From Eledone cirrhosa (Eukaryota): a stretch of 64,000 nt of DNA. The notes under the pieces are model-generated. The model saw only the letters and a program-made list of their open reading frames with translations, made no database searches and was not told the origin of the DNA. The position numbers and the translations under genes are program-made. Below are positions 56,250-64,000 of the stretch, in pieces. The DNA is taken from the NCBI GenBank assembly GCA_964016885.1, contig OZ024740.1, forward strand, positions 190,340,001 through 190,404,000, read 5' to 3'. Position 1 is the stretch's first letter; every line of letters starts with the position of its first letter.

Positions 56250-57195
56250 AAAAAATGGGGAGAACAATACTGCAGGTTGTACATGGATAACGTGTTATAA
56301 AATGAGTCCCTCATCAGTGATTTGCCAACGATCATGGATATTTCATTGCATTAAAAATCATATACCTCACGTTGGTGCAATAATAACTAAATTAAGTTAT
56401 TGGGATAATTAAAACGCGTAAAGCGAGTGAGACAAGTAAACAAGAAAGAGGAAAGCTAACCGTAGATAGGAAGGGCACAAGCTACATAGTTATTCTATCA
56501 GCATAAGCTGGGTGAATATATGAGCGCGTAGAAAATAGACCTTTCGAGATGAATCCAAATGTAAGAAAGAAGGAAATTGTTTTCGTCGCGAACGGGTGAA
56601 GTGAGAAGGGGAGAAACAGTGAGTGAGTGAGTGGAAGTGTGAGGAAGAGGTCAGTAGAGAGAAAGTGTTAACTGACATGACAGAGGGGGCGACAGAAAGT
56701 AAGAGAAACAGAGAGAACGAGGGAGCAGTAAGAGAGAGAGAGAAAAACAGAATCGCAGTTTAGGTAAATATATGTGAAAAAATGGGGAGAAGAATACTGC
56801 AGGTTGCACATGGATAACATGTTATAAAATGAGTCCCTCATCAGTGATTTGCCAACGATCATAGATATTTTATTGCCTAAAAATCATATACCTCACGTTG
56901 GTGCAATAATAACTAAATTAAGTTATTAGGACAATTAAAACGAGTAAAGCGAGTGAGACAAGTAAACAAGAAAGAGGAAAGCTAACCGTAGATAGGAAGG
57001 GCACAAGCTACATAGTTATTCTGTCAGCATAAGCTGGGTGAATATATGAGCGCGTAGAAAATAGACCTTTCGAGATGAATCCAAATGTAAGAAAGAAGGA
57101 AATTGTTTTCGTCGCGAACGGAGTGAAGTGAGAAGGGGAGAAACAGTGAGTGAGTGAGTGGAAGTGTGAGGAAGAGGTCAGTAGAGAGAAAGTGT
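56243..57195. repeat. Direct repeat of ~425 bp (56243-56668 / 56769-57195), period ~526 bp
   Basis: atgtgaaaaaatggggagaa...agagagaaagtgtt occurs twice, near-identical. Confidence 0.92.
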
Positions 57196-57738
57196 TGAGA
57201 AATGTCTGTTGATATAAACCAGAAGTTGTGCCCATACTTTAAATTCTAAATATTTCAGCTCCCTTTATATTGTCTAGAGTATGTAATTAAAATCATATTA
57301 AATTGATAGTATTTTGCAGATTTCCTTCGCGATTAAACTAATATATTTAACGAAAAAAACACCAAGGTTGCCTTAGCTAAAGTAGAACATAAATTAAAAG
57401 TGACACGTGGAAATTAAATCACGTTAATACGATTTTTTCAAACATGTTCTATTAGAATATATGTAATGCTTTTTTGAAGGGAAATATAGTGAAAACAAAC
57501 ACAATAGAGAGACATAGGGAGCCTATTATCAGATTTAGAATCTGCTATTAAGTTAAATTCAACCGAAAGAATATACTGCTTCTTAAATTAAATAGCTTTA
57601 AAGAAAAATATTGAATCACTTGTAATTTGGAATCAGTCTTATAATACTGCACGCACCGAATACACACACATACACACACATAGACACACACATACACATA
57701 CACACATACACATACACACACACATATATATATATGTT

Positions 57739-57773
<35 letters not shown>

Positions 57774-57824
57774 ATCTATGTATATATATACATATGTATA
57801 TGTATATACATATATATATATATA

Positions 57825-57865
<41 letters not shown>

Positions 57866-57871
<6 letters not shown>

Positions 57872-58130
57872 GAGATAGAGCGCCCGTGATGTTTGCTCTA
57901 ATCCAGATTAGAGCAAACATCACGGGGGCTCTATCTCAAAATTATTTTTGAAAAGCATTAGAAATACGCAACCGGTTAAACTTAAAACCAAAACTGAATA
58001 CTAACCAAAACTATTACTAATTTTCACTTATTCCTAATTAAACTATTTTTCACTGGTAACAATTTGTCAGCATTTTCTTTTCCGTTTACCAATATATCAT
58101 AACTCGTGTGCTACACCTCTATTCTTTTAA

Positions 58131-58132
<2 letters not shown>
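57866..58132 (+). mobile_element. Short copy of the 49.4-49.7 kb terminus beginning with a 78-bp fold-back hairpin
   Basis: 57866-57943 is self-complementary; 57905-58130 aligns with 49425-49665. Confidence 0.8.
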
Positions 58133-58170
<38 letters not shown>

Positions 58171-58195
58171 TTATGTATGTATGTATATATATTTA

Positions 58196-58242
<47 letters not shown>

Positions 58243-58298
58243 ATGTATGTATATGTATGTATGTATATATATGTGTATGTGTGTGTGTATATATATAC

Positions 58299-58399
<101 letters not shown>

Positions 58400-58677
58400 C
58401 ATATATATATATCTATATATATATATACACACACATACACACATATATATACATACATACATATATATATATCGATACTGTTCAAGCAATATATATATAT
58501 ATATATACATGTATGTATGTATGTATATATATATATGTGCGTGTGTGTATATATATATATATATATAATAAAGAATTCATATCTAGTAACATATATATAC
58601 ATACAGATGCATATCAATGCTTGCAAATGTATAGCTTCCAGTGTCCTCGCTTTGCCTGGAAACTTACATGAGAATAG

Positions 58678-58760
58678 ACTTTCCTGACGACGGACTGCTT
58701 CTCAATATTATTCTTCGGAAAATATATTTACTCCATTCCAGAAACTAATTAGTTGGAAGT
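58678..58760 (+). ncRNA. Type I hammerhead motif with enlarged loop II
   Basis: actttc CTGACGA c gga ... tcc a GAAA ctaattag TT ggaagt: 6-bp stem I, palindromic stem III. Confidence 0.62.
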
Positions 58761-58806
58761 GATGTTTTAGTAAGTTAATTTTATAATTTTCTCATTTTAT
58801 GTCTCT

Positions 58807-58930
<124 letters not shown>

Positions 58931-59699
58931 TATATATATATATATATATACACACACATACACACATATATATATACATACACACATATATATATATCGA
59001 TACTGTTCAAGCAATATATATTCATCTGCATCAATCAATTGTAGCTTCTATTATATTCATAAACTATTATATTATTATTATTATTATTATTCTTTCAACA
59101 ATCTATATCTGTAGCTTCAGAAGTTGTTTACGTTGATTATTGTAATGCACTTGCCTCTTGGTTTTAGGTTCGGTCAGTACCATTTTAGTATTGATTCTAC
59201 TGGATCTGTCACAGGGTGATTTATTCTGTTCGTTGTTATATATGGTGATTTTGATATCTCCTTTATTTTTGCCACTGTACTTCTTTGTATATTGGTTGCC
59301 TTTATTTTCTTGTATTCCAATTTTTGATATGCGTGATTTAGTTTCCCGTATTTCAAGTAAAAAAATAATGTATTTGCTCAATAATGCCGTTAAATGAATT
59401 ATAATTATTATAATATTCACTTAATCAGGTGTTTTCTTTTATTAGATACGATATAGCAGTTATTTATAGCATTATATATCAAGTTAATAGACTGGAGGCA
59501 TGGTTGAAATGATTGTAGTAGAATATACTCAATTAAATTCACTTCAAACAATGTTACTTCAGAGAGGTTGTGTTGTTAGATTTGGGAACTGAATATGTCT
59601 ACTACCTACGTTTTGAGACGATTAATCCTGTTGGGTTGTACGCCGTTTCTTCTGTAAACACATTTACTCATAGAGATTGACAACCCAACCCACTTTATG

Positions 59700-59779
59700 G
59701 CGAGGCCACTTACCCAACTAGAAACGAACCAAAATCTACGTGGTTTTGAACCGATCTTCTTAAGCACACAGTCATGCCT
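59700..59779 (-). mobile_element. Decayed head of a second tRNA-derived SINE family
   Basis: Minus strand aggcatgactgtgtgcttaagaag...ggttcgtttc resembles A/B boxes. Confidence 0.4.
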
Positions 59780-60736
59780 CAGTTGAATTATTCTAGCCGA
59801 CGAAATGTTATCGGTTTAAACCAAATAAATAGTTTCCTTTTTTTAATAAAGGAAGGATAATTCCTTATAACTTTCCTAAGGAAATTGAACATAATGTTAC
59901 AAATTACAGACATTTTTTAAAACTTTTATTGTCGTTCGTATTAGTAGTATACTTTTCATTGGACGCAACTCTGATTGGGCTCTGAGGCATGACTGCAGAG
60001 AAAGAGCATCTGATGAAAAAATAGGCTAGAGTCTTAGAATTGTTTAACAATTTAAATGCAATATGCCCAAGGATAATTATTTATTCCTTTTTCTTATATA
60101 ACGTTTCGCAAATCAATTTCTATTTTCCAACCACATAAAGAAAATTGTACATTCCCGAATTCAAATAAGAGAAAAGGTATATTAGTTCTTCAATTCAAAA
60201 ACATGTCATGTAGTATGTTGAAAGTACCCTTTACTATCACTGTTTAGTTTCATAGACAATGAGTACAATATATTATTTTCTTTATAGTAATCATAGTATG
60301 TAAATGAATCTCATTAAATCGTATAAGCATATAGTATGAATGAACTGCCAATGTTACCTGCATATCTTCAATGGAATCATTGCTTCCGTTCTGATGGAAT
60401 CTGTCTAACGCGAGTTATTTTTCTCGTTCATTTTGTCCTCATTTTTTTATAAGATTATCTGGAATATAATGCTAGCATGAGCAGATTTGTCGTGTTATTC
60501 TGATTATTTATGACATATTTAGGGTTTCCTCCAAAAGGTTTTCAATGCACACAGGAAAAACATTTTTTTACATATAAGTTAATTTTCAAATTCGGGAATC
60601 TCATTAGAAATGTGTGTGTGCTTGATTTTCAGTAGTAGTTTTAGTTTTGTACAGGTAATTTTGTTATGTTATAGTGCGATATATTCATTTTTGTATCACA
60701 TGTACTGAATATTGTAAAGCTCATATTTCTAGTAAT

Positions 60737-60926
60737 CATTATTTCTCCCTTTGGCACCAGGCCAGCAATTACCCAGTGCATTACTGGCACTTTATTTTAT
60801 CGACCCAGTAAGGATGAAAGGCAAAGTTAACCTCGGCGGGATTTGAACTCAGAATGGCAAGGGCCGTAACTCTATGCGCCCAAGCGTCGTTTCGACCCTC
60901 TACCGATACTGCCATTCCACCGCCCT
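60737..60926 (-). mobile_element. Full-length SINE with 14-bp TSD
   Basis: A/B boxes and Deu/Nin-like core; atatttctagtaat at 60723-60736 and 60927-60940. Confidence 0.9.
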
Positions 60927-60940
60927 ATATTTCTAGTAAT

Positions 60941-61122
60941 AATTGTTTCTACATTTGGCACAAGGCCAACAATTACTCAATGCATTACTGGTACTTTATT
61001 TTATGGACCCCGTAAGGATGAAAGGCAAATTTAACCTCGACGGGATTTGAACTCAGACCGTAAAGGGTCGTAACTATGCTGGAAAGCATGGCGTCTAACC
61101 CTCTACCGATACTGCCAATCCC
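60941..61122 (-). mobile_element. Full-length SINE, tandem with the previous one
   Basis: Same A/B boxes, core and tail. Confidence 0.88.
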
Positions 61123-62104
61123 CATGAAATATGACACAACACCAGGAGATATTATATTAATGCTTCATAGTATGAACCAACGTAGTGTATTATATAAGGA
61201 GGTTCGTTTCCACCTATCATTTTCTGTTTCATCCTACATCATTGTACATTACGTTTCCCAGTGAGACAAACATACAACTGAAAAGCCATCATTAATTATT
61301 AGATATTTTACTCTTGTTTATATGAGACACAATGCTCATTGAAAAGTTCTATGATCACGGTCATTGCAGTCCATCAGTAATGTGTATTGGAAATGAGTGT
61401 TGACAACAGTTTTCACAGGTCGAACAAACAAGTAGAGGTTCATCATTGACTAGAGAGTTAATTGGTATTAGTCGTACACAAGCAATAACTCAATACATGT
61501 AGCATCAGCTGTGCCTCAGCCCCACATTTCATTCATTAGGTGGGTGCTCCGGAAGATGTCTAATTTTCCATTATTTCTTTAAACACTAGTGGGATATATA
61601 TGTGGTATTTGACTTTTATTTCTAACCGATCGAGCATCAACGGAGATACTAATTTATTCGTTAGTTTGTTATCCAAAACTTCGAGAGCATTCAATTAATC
61701 GATCCTATTCTGCTGTTGGTGCTGTGATGTTTCTCTGGTTACGAAATCCTTTTCTTTAAACATCAGTTACACTCAATTAAAGCAGCAATTCTTTAACTTG
61801 CAGAGTAGAATTTAACTGGTTACAGAATGATAGAGGTTTCAGTATTACTACTATTAGGAATGATTTAATGGTGTAAATGCTATGAATATTACTGAGTCTA
61901 ATAAACGCTAGATCACACTAAACTGAAAATCATTTCGAGTTTAAAATTCTAAATTGAATTATGTAATGCCAAATCTCTTCTATTAGGGAAGAGGACTGGA
62001 TATTACCGACTGTAATTCCTTTAATAACAACGTATTTCTTATCAGTGCATACTTGTGGCTAATCAACACCAACCGTGTTTTCTTTGTATTATGTGTACGC
62101 ATTA

Positions 62105-62225
62105 GTGTTACGGTCCTTTACGTTGTGAGTTCAATTTCCTCCGATGTTAACTTTGCCTTTCATCCTTATGAGATTGATGAAATAAAGCACCAGTAAAGCA
62201 CTGGGATAAAATTGCTGGCCTTTTT
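62105..62225 (+). mobile_element. Diverged partial SINE
   Basis: gagttcaatt..gttaactttgcctttcatcctta...aataaagcaccagt. Confidence 0.75.
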
Positions 62226-63803
62226 GACAAACGTAGAGACAATTGTGTCTACGCAGGAAATATGATTCATTTTTTGAGACCATTACAGCACTGGGAATAC
62301 CAGAAATAACATATAACATAAAATTGTATTATACATTTACATCTTATGAGTTTCCACATTAAACACTATATTTGTACTCCATAAATTACAGTAGAAATAT
62401 TACATGTTCATGCAAATGACAACATCTTTTCAAACACAAGTTTAAGTGAAAACATTTTATAAAGAAAGCTTAGGCATATCTTAACATACCAAAGTATTTT
62501 AAACCATAACCCAATATGTATAACCATACTAGTTTCTTTAAAGACATTTCTCAATTGTACGTCATTAAGACAACAAGTGATGGCATGCTTACATAATCAT
62601 TAAGTCTACTAAATATATCATCCAGTAGACTGTTCTTTCTCAACACATACCCACCCATCTTTGAAAGTAATACTAGGTACTCTTCGTTTTACACAATACG
62701 TATTTGATCGAATCTTAACTAATTGAAATAAATAGAACAACGAAATGAAATAAAAAAATTAAATAAAACTTATACATTGTGTTAAAGTGCACGTGTAATT
62801 AAATTACGTATATTTTAGAAATGTGGTAAATTAAAATTTGGTGACAATTTAATTAATGCGGAGGCTTAAATATAATGCTTTTTAATATAATGAAAATTGT
62901 GTAATCGGAATATATGTATGAGAGATGTAATGGGCATACAAATTAATATATATTCTTTAATTAAATACAGTAGTCAGCATTTTGAAAACAGTAATAAAAA
63001 TAATTTTTAAATATTTTGCTTTCTAGGCAAACCTATATTTATTAAAACACAAACTCAAGTCGGAAAATATAAATAACTCTTCTGTTGTAACAGATGAATT
63101 GTTGTAGAACATATTTGTCATTCAGATATGGGGAAGGAAAAAAACAAGTTGCTCCCGGGTAAATAAACCGATGAAAACAGAAACGAAACCTACATTTAAC
63201 GAAACCTACATTTAATCAGTTCAGGAATCTATTTTTTTATAAAATGTTGCTTCTGAGTACTACGATCATGAATATACTCAGGTGATGAAACGTGATGGAT
63301 GAATATCTATAATGTTGAATCGGAAATTAATGCTTTTCAATCGAGGACATGTGTAATGACGAACATTTCAAAATATTTAATACAAATAACAAATTATATA
63401 GGTGACATAAGTCAAATCTATGTGTTATATTATATTCCTATTCATTATAGTTTTTGCCGAGTTTTGCATTTGCTCATGCGGCTATGTAGGGAGATACTGT
63501 AATAGCAATCTCTACTGCGTGGCGGACAGATATAAGCAGTGTCACGATATGATTGCTCTCTGCTTGTTTTCTACACTCTCTCAATGGCGCATTTCCAGGA
63601 TCCTTGTACGTCTGGAAGACTTTCAAATGACTGCATATCAATTTGTGTACGTTTTATCTTTCAATTCCAGCTGGTGAAGATCTAGCGACTTGGATCCCAC
63701 TGATCGTACCTCGCACAGCCAATCTTTACTAATTCGGCAGTAATTCATTCGGTGAACATGACCGAGAAACCAAAGACGGCATTGGCTAAGAAGGGAGAAG
63801 ATA

Positions 63804-64000
63804 CAGGTGGGGCATAAAAACTGTTACAAAATAAAATGCAAATAGTTCTTGAAGAAAACATTTATTTCAAGATCTGACTAAAACAAATAGTAAGTAATAT
63901 ACTATTAAACAACTGCACACAAATGTATTCGAAATACTTTCCTCTAGCTCTCACTACTGCTCGAAATATTCTAGGAAAGTCTTCGATGGCTGCACGAACA
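63804..64000 (-). mobile_element. Right end of a Tc1/mariner-superfamily transposon (runs off the window)
   Basis: Minus strand VRAAIEDFPRIFRAVVRARGKYFE resembles Tc1/maT transposase C-termini; terminus TA|CAGG at 63802-63807. Confidence 0.6.

Noticed and set aside
59103-59420. 105-codon minus-strand ORF as a possible host exon
   Set aside because: No recognisable domain, no convincing splice sites, and it begins in an (ATT)n-like tract.
63480-63800. GC-richer stretch with an acceptor-like ttttatctttcaattccag
   Set aside because: All three frames after the AG hit stops quickly; a UTR or non-coding exon cannot be excluded but is unsupported.

Overview
AT-rich, microsatellite-dense eukaryotic DNA with no recognisable host gene, almost entirely built from retroelements. 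The SINE type and repeat landscape suggest a cephalopod/mollusc such as Octopus (inference only). 1-11.8 kb and 30.5-32.9 kb: stacked R4/Dong-type non-LTR retrotransposons (RT + CCHC + restriction-like endonuclease) of two families nested in each other's (TAA)n tails, including one near-intact 1216-codon copy and an in-frame inter-family chimera. 12-16.5 kb: two tandem L1/Tx1-type fragments on the minus strand. 19.2-20 kb: a third RLE family ending in (TACA)n. 20-59 kb: many Penelope-like element (PLE; RT + GIY-YIG) insertions of Naiad-like and Neptune-like types. Most have fold-back (inverted) ends, and about 15 minimal hammerhead-ribozyme motifs were read by eye, several with a compensatory U3-A8 core. 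Also present: Deu/Nin-domain tRNA-SINEs and mariner/Tc1 remnants. The least explained feature is a 777-bp concatemer of a ~243-nt dumbbell palindrome (37551-38327) inserted in a PLE ORF, with one loop in constant orientation and the other in flip and flop forms. All alignments and folds were done by eye and boundaries are approximate.
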